Shown here: positions 1 through 9,169 of the stretch, piece after piece | How positions within the stretch are numbered: the stretch's first letter is position 1 | How the letters are laid out: each line of letters begins with the position of its first letter | Assembly (NCBI GenBank): GCA_963727525.1 | Contig: CAVSGO010000006.1 | Coordinates: 46,906 to 110,905, forward strand | Source: an uncultured bacterium | Lineage (GTDB): Bacteria > Krumholzibacteriota > Krumholzibacteriia > LZORAL124-64-63 | DNA length: 64,000 bases | Reading direction: 5' to 3' | Translations under genes and position numbers: made by a program | The notes under the pieces: generated by a model | Told to the model about the DNA's origin: nothing | Database searches by the model: none | The model's input: only the letters and a program-made list of their open reading frames with translations

Positions 1-1815
1 GATTTCGTGACGGCCGGCTTCCAGCGAACCGCGAACCAGGTTTGCGACCTCGCGTCCGGCCATGTCGTACACCGTCAGCGACACGGGCGCGGCCGAGTCG
101 AGGCGGAAGGCGATCAAGGTGGCCGGGTTGAACGGGTTGGGCGAGTTCTGCGCGAGGGCCACCGTGGCGCCGGCTCCTGGCACGTCGGTGATGCCGGCCG
201 TTTCGGCAAGGGTGACCGAGCGCGTCGTCTGCCCGTCCACGACACAGTGGTAGACGCCGTAGTCGGCTGCGGTCACGCCCGCGAGCGCGAGGTCGGCGGC
301 CGTTTCACCCGGGAGCGGCGCACCGTCGCGGTACCACTGGTAGCTGCTGCCGCTCAGCTCGGATTCGATCGCGAAGGTGACGACGGCGAGGCCCTGAGAT
401 CCGGCTCCGACTGCCTGATCGGTGGTGCCTGCCATCGTGATCTTGGTATTGGTGAATGCGCCCTGGTTCACGAGGTCACCCGTGGCGCGGATCCGCAGGG
501 GATAGGTGCCGTCCTGCACGGTGCCGGTGTTCTGCAGCGTGCCTTCGATGACCGCCTCGGCGCCCTGATAGTAGTCGCAGGTCACCGTGCCGACGATCGT
601 CAGCCCGGCGGTGAATGTGGTCGTGCCTGCGATCTTCGCATCGCCCAGCACGCCGTGGTCCACGGTCACGCCCGAGATGGAGCCGGACCCGGTCACGCGG
701 ATCACGTTGCCATTGGCGATCACGGTGCCCGATCCCAGACCGCCGAAGTTCGTGAACTCGAGCGAGCTCCCGGGAGCCAGTGCGAGGGTGCCGACGCCGA
801 GTCCGACGCCGCTGGCCAGGCGCAGCGGGGTGTCGGCGACGATGGTCGCCGCCTGGAACTCCGGCAGGAAGATCGGAGCCGTGCACACGGCGTCCGGGCT
901 CATGCTCAGGTGGTGGGTCGTACCCACGCCCGTGAGCTCGAGCGTCGGGTTGCTGATCGTGCCATTGTTCTCGACATCGCCTCTCACGCTGAGCGAGAAG
1001 CCGTAGTCGTCGTTGGTGATGAGCCCGTTATTGACGAGATCACCATTGACGACGACGCCACCACCGCCCGTGGCGGTGGGATTCCGCAGGCTGTTCATGA
1101 CGACCAGCCGCGTGACGACCGTCGCTCCCGCGGAGCGCGCGTCGCCGACGAAGACGACATCGTCGAGCGTGCAGGACTGGAGATACGAGTACGACTCGAA
1201 CCGCAGCTCGTTCCCGTTGGCGGCGATGGGGCCCTTGCAGATGGTGGCGGTGAGGGTGAGCGGGCAGTCGGGGGACAGGACGAGGCGGCCCCCGGTGAAG
1301 TCGATGTCGCCGCCCACACTGATGGGCGTGGTGGCGACCAGGTCGCCCGAGGCGCCGGCCGCGAACGACAGCGTCGTGTTGCAGTCGCTCCCGGCGCCCT
1401 GCGACATCATCCGCGTGGCACTTCCGGTGACGCGGGCCCGCCAGGGCGTGAAGACGCCGGAGTTGTGGAAGCTGCCGCCGAACTCGACCTCGAGATAGTA
1501 CCCATTCACGTTGCCGACGGCGCCGAGGTTTGTGAAGTCGCCGGCCACCTGCAACGTGCGCGGCGGCGCGACCAGGGCGCCGTTCACCGATCCCAGGGCT
1601 TCGACAGCGATGGTCTGGCACGGGTCGAGGCCATCGATGAGCACGGGCCCGGCGACCACGACATCGTCGCCGGCACCCGGAACGACGCCGCCAACCCACG
1701 TGGCCGCGCTCGACCAGTTGCCGCCGGCGGCAGTGGAAGTGATTGTGGCGGCCTCGGATAGCGAGGCCAGGGATATCAGGACAAGCGCCATGATGAGGAA
1801 CGAGCGAGTTCTCAT
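1..1815 (-). CDS. Secreted beta-helix/adhesin-like repeat protein, 5' partial in window (C-terminus runs off the window start); C-terminal FlgD-Ig-like/T9SS-like sorting domain begins near nt 150
   Basis: Manual reverse-complement translation from ATG 1815..1813 gives MRTRSFLIMALVLISLASLSEAATITS (signal peptide), then G/T/N-rich beta-helix-like repeats, and near the window start ...NSPNPFNPATLIAFRLDSAAPVSLTVYDMAGREV..., the same motif as the C-termini of five other proteins here. The frame is open to nt 1. The gene is absent from the supplied ORF track because no stop codon lies inside the window. Confidence 0.7.
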   Translation of the reverse strand, partial: MRTRSFLIMALVLISLASLSEAATITSTAAGGNWSSAATWVGGVVPGAGDDVVVAGPVLIDGLDPCQTIAVEALGSVNGALVAPPRTLQVAGDFTNLGAVGNVNGYYLEVEFGGSFHNSGVFTPWRARVTGSATRMMSQGAGSDCNTTLSFAAGASGDLVATTPISVGGDIDFTGGRLVLSPDCPLTLTATICKGPIAANGNELRFESYSYLQSCTLDDVVFVGDARSAGATVVTRLVVMNSLRNPTATGGGGVVVNGDLVNNGLITNDDYGFSLSVRGDVENNGTISNPTLELTGVGTTHHLSMSPDAVCTAPIFLPEFQAATIVADTPLRLASGVGLGVGTLALAPGSSLEFTNFGGLGSGTVIANGNVIRVTGSGSISGVTVDHGVLGDAKIAGTTTFTAGLTIVGTVTCDYYQGAEAVIEGTLQNTGTVQDGTYPLRIRATGDLVNQGAFTNTKITMAGTTDQAVGAGSQGLAVVTFAIESELSGSSYQWYRDGAPLPGETAADLALAGVTAADYGVYHCVVDGQTTRSVTLAETAGITDVPGAGATVALAQNSPNPFNPATLIAFRLDSAAPVSLTVYDMAGREVANLVRGSLEAGRHEI

Positions 1816-1940
1816 GATTCATCCCCTTGCTGGCGTCATATGGGTGAGGGCATGGTCGATGGCATAAAGGCTACCATAATTGTTCGTTTTAATTCAATGA
1901 AAATATGATATCAAAACCGGCGTCACGCGGCGCCGGGAGG

Positions 1941-1976
1941 ATCCTGTTGAAAACAGGATGAAAATTCATCTATAAT
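1941..1976 (+). promoter_or_regulatory. Candidate sigma-70 promoter TTGAAA-N18-TATAAT (1947-1952 / 1971-1976) overlapped by a perfect hairpin ATCCTGTT-gaa-AACAGGAT (1941-1959), upstream of the 2047 gene
   Basis: AT-rich island in a ~70% GC background; a perfect -10 hexamer with 18-nt spacing to a TTGAAA -35; the 8-bp inverted repeat over the -35/spacer could be an operator. Confidence 0.35.
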
Positions 1977-2046
1977 CCCTCATTCCATCGTGACCGCTGC
2001 ACATCCCGACGCGAAATCACGCATCTCCCTCAAAGGGAGGTCCAGG

Positions 2047-5000
2047 ATGGATACGAAGCTGCTCGTCTTGCTGGCCGCGCTCGCGCTTGCCGCGCCGGCT
2101 CTTGCCGTCACCCGGGTCGTCGATCTGGGTGGAGGTGGCGATTTCATGACCATTCAGCCGGCGATCGACGCATCCGCCAGTGGCGATGTCATCGTCGTGC
2201 ACGCCGGGACGTACACCGGCTCCGGCAACACCGGGCTCAATTTCGGTGGGCGCAATCTCACACTGCAGGCGTCGAGTGGTGCCGATGTCACCGTGATCGA
2301 CGCGGAGCAGTCGGCTCGCCTGTTCGTCTTCGCCAGCGGCGAGACCGCGGCGGCCCGGGTCGAGGGGTTCACACTCACGCATGGGCTGAGCGGGAGTGTC
2401 GGCGGGGCGGTGTACATCCAGGATGCGTCGCCAACCTTCGTGGACTGCTATCTCGTGGAGAACAGTAGCGATGCGCACGGCGGCGCCGTGTACGTGCAGG
2501 GTGGGGAACCCAGCTTCGACGGTTGCACCTTCGTGGGCAACACCACGCAGGGGCGCGGGGGCGCGCTCTGGATCGACGGCGCCGCCTTCGTCACCATCGA
2601 CCAGGCCACGATCACGGGCAACACGGCCAACCTGAGCGGCCTTTCGCACAACGGCGGTGGGCTGGTCGTTTCGGGCGATTCGCATCTCCAGCTCACGCGG
2701 TCGATTCTCTGGGGCAACCGCGCGGGCGACTTCGATGATCTCTACGTGCTCGGCACGTCGTCGGCGGCGATCTCGTGCTGCGATGTCGACAGCGGCGGGA
2801 TCGGCGGGGCAGGGGGCGTGGACTACGGCGCGGGTGTCGTCGTCAGCGATCCGCATTTCTGCCAGCCGGCCTATTGCCGCGCGTCGCCCTGGGGTGATGG
2901 CGACTATGGACTGGCCGCCAACTCGCCCTGCCTCCCCACGAACAACGCCTGCGGCGAGCGGATCGGCGCCTGGCCGCAGTCCTGTGGCGAGGTGGTGGTG
3001 TGGACCGGCGGTGCCGGCACCACGGCGTGGGAGAACCCGAACAACTGGAGCACGCACAATCTACCGGGACCGGGGGACAACGTGCAGATCACCACGGGGG
3101 ACGTGGTGCTGGCATCGACGGCCGAGATCGGTATTCTCACGCAGTGCAGTGAGAGCGACGACTCCGACCTCACGCTCACGATCACGACGGGCGGTCACCT
3201 GCTGCTCGCGTCCGGCGTCACCGACAAGGAAGTGCATGTGGCCACCGTCACTTCCGACAAGACGGTGATCGAGAACGGAGGTGAGGCGAGCACCGGCACG
3301 AACAACGTTCCGCAGCTCTGGCATCTCCTGGGCGAGTTCGATCTGAATAACGGTCACGTGAACGGCGCCCTCACCCTGGACGGTTCGGGGGCGGCCAATT
3401 CCAGTGGTAACAGTTCGCTGGGCCACGACACCAGTGTCATCAACCGCGGGCACACGCCGAACAAGGTGGCAGGCGCACCTGGTCTGAACGTGGTGAGCGG
3501 TACGCTCACGGTGGACGGCACGCTAAAGAACCACGGCGACATCAGCATCGCCGGCGGCGCCGCGCTGCAGCTCGGCGGCACGCTCGATAATCTCGCCGAC
3601 GGGGCCATCGCGCTGGAAGGCAGCATCACCGGCAACGGCAGCCTATCCAATCGCGGCGCCATGACCAAGACGGGTGCGACTGCGAGCGATGTCGTGCCCG
3701 GCGTGACCAACCTGCGCGACGCCGGTGGTGCCGGCACCATCGTCGTGAGCGAGAACGTGTGGCGCGTGGGTGGCGCGTTCAGCAACAGTGGACTCGTGGG
3801 CATCGCCGACGGCGCCACGCTGCGGCGTACGGGTACGATCACCAATGCGGCCGACGGCATCATCCAGCTTGCCGGCAACATCGGCGGTGGTGGCCTGCTC
3901 ACCAATCAGGGGCTGGTGCAGCGCAGTGGCGCCGGCACCAGTACCGTGACCGGCACCATCGCGAACACCGCCGACTTGGACACGGGCGACCGGGGTCGGT
4001 TGCTCGTGCCGACCGGGGCCTTGAACCTGACCACGCTACGCAGCGACGGCATCGTCGATGTGAGCGCGGGCGCCGCGCTCACCGTCACGAGTGAACTCAT
4101 CAGCGGCGACGACGCGCGGCTTTCCGGGGGCGGCTCCGTCGACGTGGTGACAGCCTCGTTCACCAACACCGGCCGCGTGCGGCCCGGCGCCTCGCCCGGT
4201 ACGCTCACCGTGGTGGGCGACTACCCGTCCACGCCGTCCACGCGCCTCTTCGTGGAGCTGGGCGGCACGGCGCCCGGCACCCAGTACGACCGGCTCGTCG
4301 CCACGGGCACGGCCACGCTCGGTGGTGCGATGCACGTGGCGCTGATCAACGGCTTCGTGCCCAGCGTCGGCGATACGTTCACCGTGCTCACGGCGGCGAG
4401 CGTGCTTGCGACGTTCGACTGCGTGTCCGGCCTGCCCGTGGCGCCCGGTTTGCGCCTGGTGCCGAGCGTGCTGAGCGACCGCGTGCTACTCGTGGCCACG
4501 GCGGGCGACGATGGCGATCAAGCCCCTCTGGCGGTGCGCGACGACGTGATCGTGTCCGACAGCCTACCCTCGACGTTGTCGCCGCTGGCCAACGATAGCG
4601 ATCCCGATGGCGACGGACTCACCCTGGTGAGCGTGATCGTGGCGGCCACCGCAGGCACGGCGCGGGTGAGCGTGGACGGCGAGACCATCACCTACTGGCC
4701 GCCGGCCGCGTCCACAGCGCTGGACAGCCTCGTCTACGTGGTCACCGACTGCGCCGGCGCAGTCGATTCGGCCACCGTGGTGCTGCACCTGGCCAACACC
4801 ACGGCCACGCCCGATCCGCCCGAGCCGTTGCCCGATGCGGCGTACAAGCTGTACCCGAACACGCCCAATCCGTTCAACCCGTTCACGAGCATCCGTTTCG
4901 ACGTGGCGCGGCCGGGGCCGATGCGCGTGGCGATCTACGATCTGCGCGGCCGCCTCGTGCAGACGCTCACCGATGGCTTCCACGCGGCCGGTACCTATGC

Positions 5001-5118
5001 CACGTCATGGCTCGGGCAGGACGCCCTCGGGCAGTCCGTGGCCTCGGGGGTGTACGTGGCGCGCCTCGAGGCGCCGGGCCGGGTGGTGGCCACGCGCAAG
5101 CTCACGCTCGTACGGTGA
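2047..5118 (+). CDS. Large secreted right-handed beta-helix (pectate-lyase-fold) repeat protein with a C-terminal FlgD-Ig-like/T9SS-like sorting domain (1023 aa)
   Basis: ORF 1990..5118; start moved to ATG 2047 (MDTKLLVLLAALALAAPALA signal peptide) with GGGAGG RBS 8 nt upstream. G/T/N-rich parallel beta-helix repeats (VVHAGTYTG, NTTQGRGGALWIDG...). C-terminus LYPNTPNPFNPFTSIRFDVARPGPMRVAIYDLRGRLVQTL...GVYVARLEAPGRVVATRKLTLVR. Confidence 0.85.
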   Translation: MDTKLLVLLAALALAAPALAVTRVVDLGGGGDFMTIQPAIDASASGDVIVVHAGTYTGSGNTGLNFGGRNLTLQASSGADVTVIDAEQSARLFVFASGETAAARVEGFTLTHGLSGSVGGAVYIQDASPTFVDCYLVENSSDAHGGAVYVQGGEPSFDGCTFVGNTTQGRGGALWIDGAAFVTIDQATITGNTANLSGLSHNGGGLVVSGDSHLQLTRSILWGNRAGDFDDLYVLGTSSAAISCCDVDSGGIGGAGGVDYGAGVVVSDPHFCQPAYCRASPWGDGDYGLAANSPCLPTNNACGERIGAWPQSCGEVVVWTGGAGTTAWENPNNWSTHNLPGPGDNVQITTGDVVLASTAEIGILTQCSESDDSDLTLTITTGGHLLLASGVTDKEVHVATVTSDKTVIENGGEASTGTNNVPQLWHLLGEFDLNNGHVNGALTLDGSGAANSSGNSSLGHDTSVINRGHTPNKVAGAPGLNVVSGTLTVDGTLKNHGDISIAGGAALQLGGTLDNLADGAIALEGSITGNGSLSNRGAMTKTGATASDVVPGVTNLRDAGGAGTIVVSENVWRVGGAFSNSGLVGIADGATLRRTGTITNAADGIIQLAGNIGGGGLLTNQGLVQRSGAGTSTVTGTIANTADLDTGDRGRLLVPTGALNLTTLRSDGIVDVSAGAALTVTSELISGDDARLSGGGSVDVVTASFTNTGRVRPGASPGTLTVVGDYPSTPSTRLFVELGGTAPGTQYDRLVATGTATLGGAMHVALINGFVPSVGDTFTVLTAASVLATFDCVSGLPVAPGLRLVPSVLSDRVLLVATAGDDGDQAPLAVRDDVIVSDSLPSTLSPLANDSDPDGDGLTLVSVIVAATAGTARVSVDGETITYWPPAASTALDSLVYVVTDCAGAVDSATVVLHLANTTATPDPPEPLPDAAYKLYPNTPNPFNPFTSIRFDVARPGPMRVAIYDLRGRLVQTLTDGFHAAGTYATSWLGQDALGQSVASGVYVARLEAPGRVVATRKLTLVR

Positions 5119-5140
5119 CGGCGCGCACCGGGAGGTGCCC

Positions 5141-5722
5141 ATGACGGAAGAATCGCGGGTCGACGTGACGCGCATGCTGCAGTCCATCGAAGGTTCGGCC
5201 GCCGACGAAGGCGCGGCCAATCGCCTCTTCGCGGCCGTCTATGACGAGCTGCACGGCATCGCCGCCGGGCTCATGCGCCGCGAGCGTGACGACCACACCC
5301 TGCAGCCCACGGCCCTCGTGCACGAGGCGTACATGCGCCTCGTCGACCAGACCCGGGCCGACTGGCAGAACCGTGCCCACTTCTACGGCATCGCCGCGCG
5401 CGCGATGCGCCAGATCCTGGTGGATCACGCGCGCAAGCACACCGCCGACAAGCGCGGTGGCCAGTGGCGCCGCGTGACCCTGGACGACAACGTGGCCGAG
5501 GCCGAGCAACTCTCCCTCGATATCCTCGCCGTACACGAGGCCCTCGAGCAACTCGCCCTCCGGGACGAGCGCATGGCGAAGGTGGTGGAGCTGCGCATCT
5601 TCGCGGGCCTGCACGCGCGCGAGGCCGCGCACGTGCTCGGGGTGTCGAAGCGCACCGTGGACGAGGACTGGCGCGTGGCGCGCATGCTGCTGGGCCGCGC
5701 GCTGTCGGCGGGCGCGGATTGA
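5141..5722 (+). CDS. ECF-type RNA polymerase sigma factor (TIGR02999-like sigma-70 subgroup usually paired with Ser/Thr kinases)
   Basis: MTEESRVDVTRMLQ...LVHEAYMRLVD (region 2) ...RIFAGLHAREAAHVLGVSKRTVDEDWRVARMLL (region 4 HTH). GGGAGG RBS 7 nt upstream of ATG 5141. The upstream part of ORF 4835..5722 is a read-through of the preceding gene's 3' end in another reading context. Confidence 0.85.
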   Translation: MTEESRVDVTRMLQSIEGSAADEGAANRLFAAVYDELHGIAAGLMRRERDDHTLQPTALVHEAYMRLVDQTRADWQNRAHFYGIAARAMRQILVDHARKHTADKRGGQWRRVTLDDNVAEAEQLSLDILAVHEALEQLALRDERMAKVVELRIFAGLHAREAAHVLGVSKRTVDEDWRVARMLLGRALSAGAD

Positions 5723-8382
5723 TGAACGACGAGCGCTTCGCCCGGTTGCGCGCCATCCTGCTGCATGCCGCCGACCTGCCGGTCGACGCGCGCAGTGCCT
5801 ACCTTGGCGATGCCTGCGCCGGCGACGCGGAGCTGCGGGCCGAGGTGGAGGCGCTTCTGCCCCATGACGTGGATGCGCCGTCGATCGTCGCCACGTCCGG
5901 CCTTGGCCGTCGTCTCGCCGCGGAGGCGGGGCAGGCATTCCTGCGCGCGCCGAACGCCGCACCCCCGGAGCGCATCGGTCCCTATCGTATCCTGGAGGTG
6001 CTCGGCGAGGGCGGCATGGGCGTGGTCTATCGCGCGGAGCAGGAGGAGCCCATACGCCGCGAGGTGGCGCTCAAGCTCGTGCGCTGGGGCTTCGACACCG
6101 ATCAGGTGGCCACGCGCTTCGCCGCCGAACGCCAGGTGCTGGCGCGCATGGAACACCCGCACATCGCGCGCGTGCTCGACGCCGGTCAGGACGACGCCGG
6201 CCGACCTTACTTCGTGATGGAGCTGGTGCGGGGTGTGCCCATCACGGCGTACTGCGAGCAGCACGCGCTGTCGGTCGACGGCCGGCTGGCCCTAATGCTC
6301 GCCATCTGTCGCGCCGTGCAGCATGCGCATCAGAAGGGCGTGATCCACCGCGACCTCAAGCCCTCGAACCTGCTCGTGAGCGAGAGCGATGGCGCGCCGC
6401 TGCCCAAGGTGATCGACTTTGGTATTGCCAAGGCTCTCGACCAGGCCGACGACGGTCTCACGCGCGAGGGCCAGCCCATCGGCACGGTGCGCTACATGAG
6501 CCCGGAGCAGGCGCGCGGCGTGAGCAGCGAGATCGACGTGCGCAGCGATGTGTATGCCCTCGGCGTGATCCTCTACGAGCTGCTCACCGGGGCGCCACCC
6601 TACGTCGCCGATGAGACCTCGCTGATCGGTCAGATGCGGGTGGTGATCGAGGCGCCGCCCCGGTCGTTTCGCGAGACCGCACCCGCCGATCGCCACCTCG
6701 ACGCTGACCTGGAGACGATCGTCCGCAAGGCCCTGGCGAAGGACCCGGCCGAACGCTACCAGAGCGCCGCTGCCCTGGGTGAGGACATCGAGCGCTTCCA
6801 GGCCTCGCTACCCATCCTCGCGCGCCCGCCCAGCGCCATGTATCAGCTCCGCAAACTGGTGGCGCGCAACCGCGTGCCATCGACATTGATCGCGGGCATC
6901 GTGCTGCTGATCGTGGGCTTCGGCATCTGGATGAGCGTGCTCTACGTGCGATCGGCGCGCAATCTGCGCCGCGCCGTCGTCGCCGAGAGCGAGTCGCGTC
7001 AGGTGACGGACTTCGTCACCGGTCTGTTCGAGATCTCGCATCCGAGCGAGTCGCGCGGCAATGCGGTGACGGCGCGCGAGATCCTCGACACCGGCGCCGA
7101 GAAGATCGAGACCGAACTGGGCGATCAGCCGGAGGTGCAGGAGCGGCTGCTGCACACGCTCGGCGTGGTGTACTCGGGTCTGGGGCTCTATGACAGATCG
7201 GGAGAGCTGCTGGAGGCCGCCCTCGCGCGCCGTCGCGCCGTCGGCCACGATGACAACCTCGAGGTCGCGTCGGTGCTCACCGACCTGGGCGCCATCTATC
7301 GCACGCGCGGCCAGGTCGCCCAGGCCGACACCGCCTACCAGGCTGCCCTGGACATCCGCCAGCGTCTGCTGCCCGCCACCGACTGGCGCGTGGCCGCGGC
7401 CGAGGCCAACGTCGGCGGGATCCGGGCGCTGCAGGGCCAGACCGACGAGGCGGCCCGGATGCTCGTGGACGCCGCCTCCTCGCTCGAAGCCCACGCGCCG
7501 GCCGGCTCGCTCGAGCTGCCGGCCACCTGGAACAGCCTGGCGCAGGTGCGCAAGGCGCAGCGCGATTTCGCCGCCGCCGAGTCGCTCGACACGCGGGCCC
7601 TCGCCCGTCGCGAGGAGCTGCTGCCGCCCGACCACCCGGAGATCGCCGAGTCGCTCAACAACCTCGCCGCCCTCTACTGGGCCCAGGGTCGTCTCGACGA
7701 GGCGGCACCCCTGGCCGAGCGCGCCCTCGCCATCCAGGAGAAGATCCTCGGCGCCGACCACCCCGACTTCGCCCTGGCGTTGCTCAACCAGGCCGCCATC
7801 GACCAGGACGTGGGCCGCCTCGAGATCGCCGAGCGCGAGCTGACGCGCGCGGTGGGCATTCTCGAGCGCAGCCTCGGCCCCGACGACGTGCAGGTGGCGT
7901 ACGCCCTGAACAACCTCGGCACCCTGTACCGCAAGCAGGACCGCCTGGATCTCGCCGCGTCCACCCTCGAGCGTTCCCTCGCGATCAAGCGCGCGAAGCT
8001 GGGCGACGATCACCTCTCGGTGGCTACCGCCCGCAACAACCTCGGTGAGGTGCGCCTGGCTCAGGGCCAGACCCGCATCGCCATCGCACTCTTCACCGAG
8101 GCCATGGCCATCCGCACGCAGCACTACGGCGGCGACGACGCCCGCACGGCATTGCCCATGCACAACCTCGGCCTCGCGTATCTGAAGTCCGGCCGGCTGG
8201 ACTCGGCAAGCGCCGACCTCGACCGCGCCCTCGCCATTCGCGTCGCGAAGCTGGGCCCGGTGCACGTGCGGATCGCGGAATCCCTGGAGGCCTGCGCCGA
8301 GCTGGCGCGGAAACTGGGGCAGAGTGCGAGGGCGGACTCCTTGCTGGCGCGAGCGAAGGCGGTACGGGGGAAGCTCGAGTAG
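5722..8382 (+). CDS. Membrane-spanning Hanks-type Ser/Thr protein kinase with a C-terminal TPR-repeat domain (886 aa)
   Basis: Start ATG overlaps the sigma-factor stop (TGATGA). Kinase motifs GEGGMGVVYRA, VALK, HRDLKPSNLL, DFGIAK, GTVRYMSPEQ; TM helix LIAGIVLLIVGFGIWMSVLYV; then multiple TPR repeats (LNNLAALYWAQGRLDEA, LNNLGTLYRKQDRLDLA ...). Confidence 0.9.
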   Translation: MNDERFARLRAILLHAADLPVDARSAYLGDACAGDAELRAEVEALLPHDVDAPSIVATSGLGRRLAAEAGQAFLRAPNAAPPERIGPYRILEVLGEGGMGVVYRAEQEEPIRREVALKLVRWGFDTDQVATRFAAERQVLARMEHPHIARVLDAGQDDAGRPYFVMELVRGVPITAYCEQHALSVDGRLALMLAICRAVQHAHQKGVIHRDLKPSNLLVSESDGAPLPKVIDFGIAKALDQADDGLTREGQPIGTVRYMSPEQARGVSSEIDVRSDVYALGVILYELLTGAPPYVADETSLIGQMRVVIEAPPRSFRETAPADRHLDADLETIVRKALAKDPAERYQSAAALGEDIERFQASLPILARPPSAMYQLRKLVARNRVPSTLIAGIVLLIVGFGIWMSVLYVRSARNLRRAVVAESESRQVTDFVTGLFEISHPSESRGNAVTAREILDTGAEKIETELGDQPEVQERLLHTLGVVYSGLGLYDRSGELLEAALARRRAVGHDDNLEVASVLTDLGAIYRTRGQVAQADTAYQAALDIRQRLLPATDWRVAAAEANVGGIRALQGQTDEAARMLVDAASSLEAHAPAGSLELPATWNSLAQVRKAQRDFAAAESLDTRALARREELLPPDHPEIAESLNNLAALYWAQGRLDEAAPLAERALAIQEKILGADHPDFALALLNQAAIDQDVGRLEIAERELTRAVGILERSLGPDDVQVAYALNNLGTLYRKQDRLDLAASTLERSLAIKRAKLGDDHLSVATARNNLGEVRLAQGQTRIAIALFTEAMAIRTQHYGGDDARTALPMHNLGLAYLKSGRLDSASADLDRALAIRVAKLGPVHVRIAESLEACAELARKLGQSARADSLLARAKAVRGKLE

Positions 8383-8512
8383 GAACGCGGATGACATGCC
8401 CCGGGCCCGACCTGTATCCTGGGCGAGCCAGCGGCCGCTGGAGGTGGGCGAAGATCCGATCCTGGCGTTCGTGACCCGCATGGTCGACGATAGCGCTACG
8501 GGAGGTGCGCCG

Positions 8513-9169
8513 ATGTCGATCACCGCAGACGAGGAACGCCGGATCCAGGCAACCGCCGATCAGCTCGAGGCGAGGACCGGCGTGCAGGTGCTCGCGGCCG
8601 TCATCGGGAAGGCGGATCACTATCCGGAGGTACCCTGGAAGGCGTTCGCCCTGGCCGCGGCTCTGGCGGCTTCCGTCCTCATCGTGCGAGCCTTCGTGGC
8701 TCCATCCTGGTTCGCACCCTTCGATGCCGCCATGGACGCCGTGGTCGTGCTCGGGGTCGGCATGCTCGCGGCCGTGCTGGCGGCCTGCTGGCCGCCGCTG
8801 GCCCGCCGGATCGTCGGGTCCCCACGGCTGCAGGGCGAGGTCGAGCAATATGCGCGAGCGTTCTTCCTCGAACGCGAGCTGTTCGCGACGCGCGAGCGCA
8901 ACGGCATCCTCCTGCTGATCAGTCTCTTCGAGCGCAAGGTCGTCGTGCTGCCGGACAGCGGCGTCGCGGCTCGGCTGAGCGACGGCGCCCTGGCCGGGGT
9001 GATCGATGGCATGCGCACTCCACTCGCTCGCGGTCGGCGAGCCGAGGCGGTGCTGGCGGGCCTCACGGCCCTCGAGAACGCGCTGCTCGCCGCCGGCGTG
9101 CGTGAGACAGCGGGAGGTCCGGACGAGATTCCGTCCGAGTTCGTCGAGGACAGGGGGGAGGAGCGATGA
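8513..9169 (+). CDS. TPM-domain-like membrane protein (first of a TPM pair)
   Basis: ATG 8513 with GGAGG RBS 7 nt upstream. Sequence MSITADEERRIQATADQLEARTGVQVLAAVIGKADHYPE..., hydrophobic TM stretches, and ERNGILLLISLFERKVVVLPDSG reminiscent of the TPM (TLP18.3/Psb32/MOLO-1) core. Domain assignment is tentative. Confidence 0.6.
   Translation: MSITADEERRIQATADQLEARTGVQVLAAVIGKADHYPEVPWKAFALAAALAASVLIVRAFVAPSWFAPFDAAMDAVVVLGVGMLAAVLAACWPPLARRIVGSPRLQGEVEQYARAFFLERELFATRERNGILLLISLFERKVVVLPDSGVAARLSDGALAGVIDGMRTPLARGRRAEAVLAGLTALENALLAAGVRETAGGPDEIPSEFVEDRGEER

Noticed and set aside
7-1761. 584-aa + strand ORF (Arg/Gly-rich)
   Set aside because: Low-complexity R/G/A composition typical of stop-free antisense frames in ~70% GC DNA. 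The opposite strand encodes a protein with a signal peptide, beta-helix repeats and the shared NPFNP C-terminal domain.
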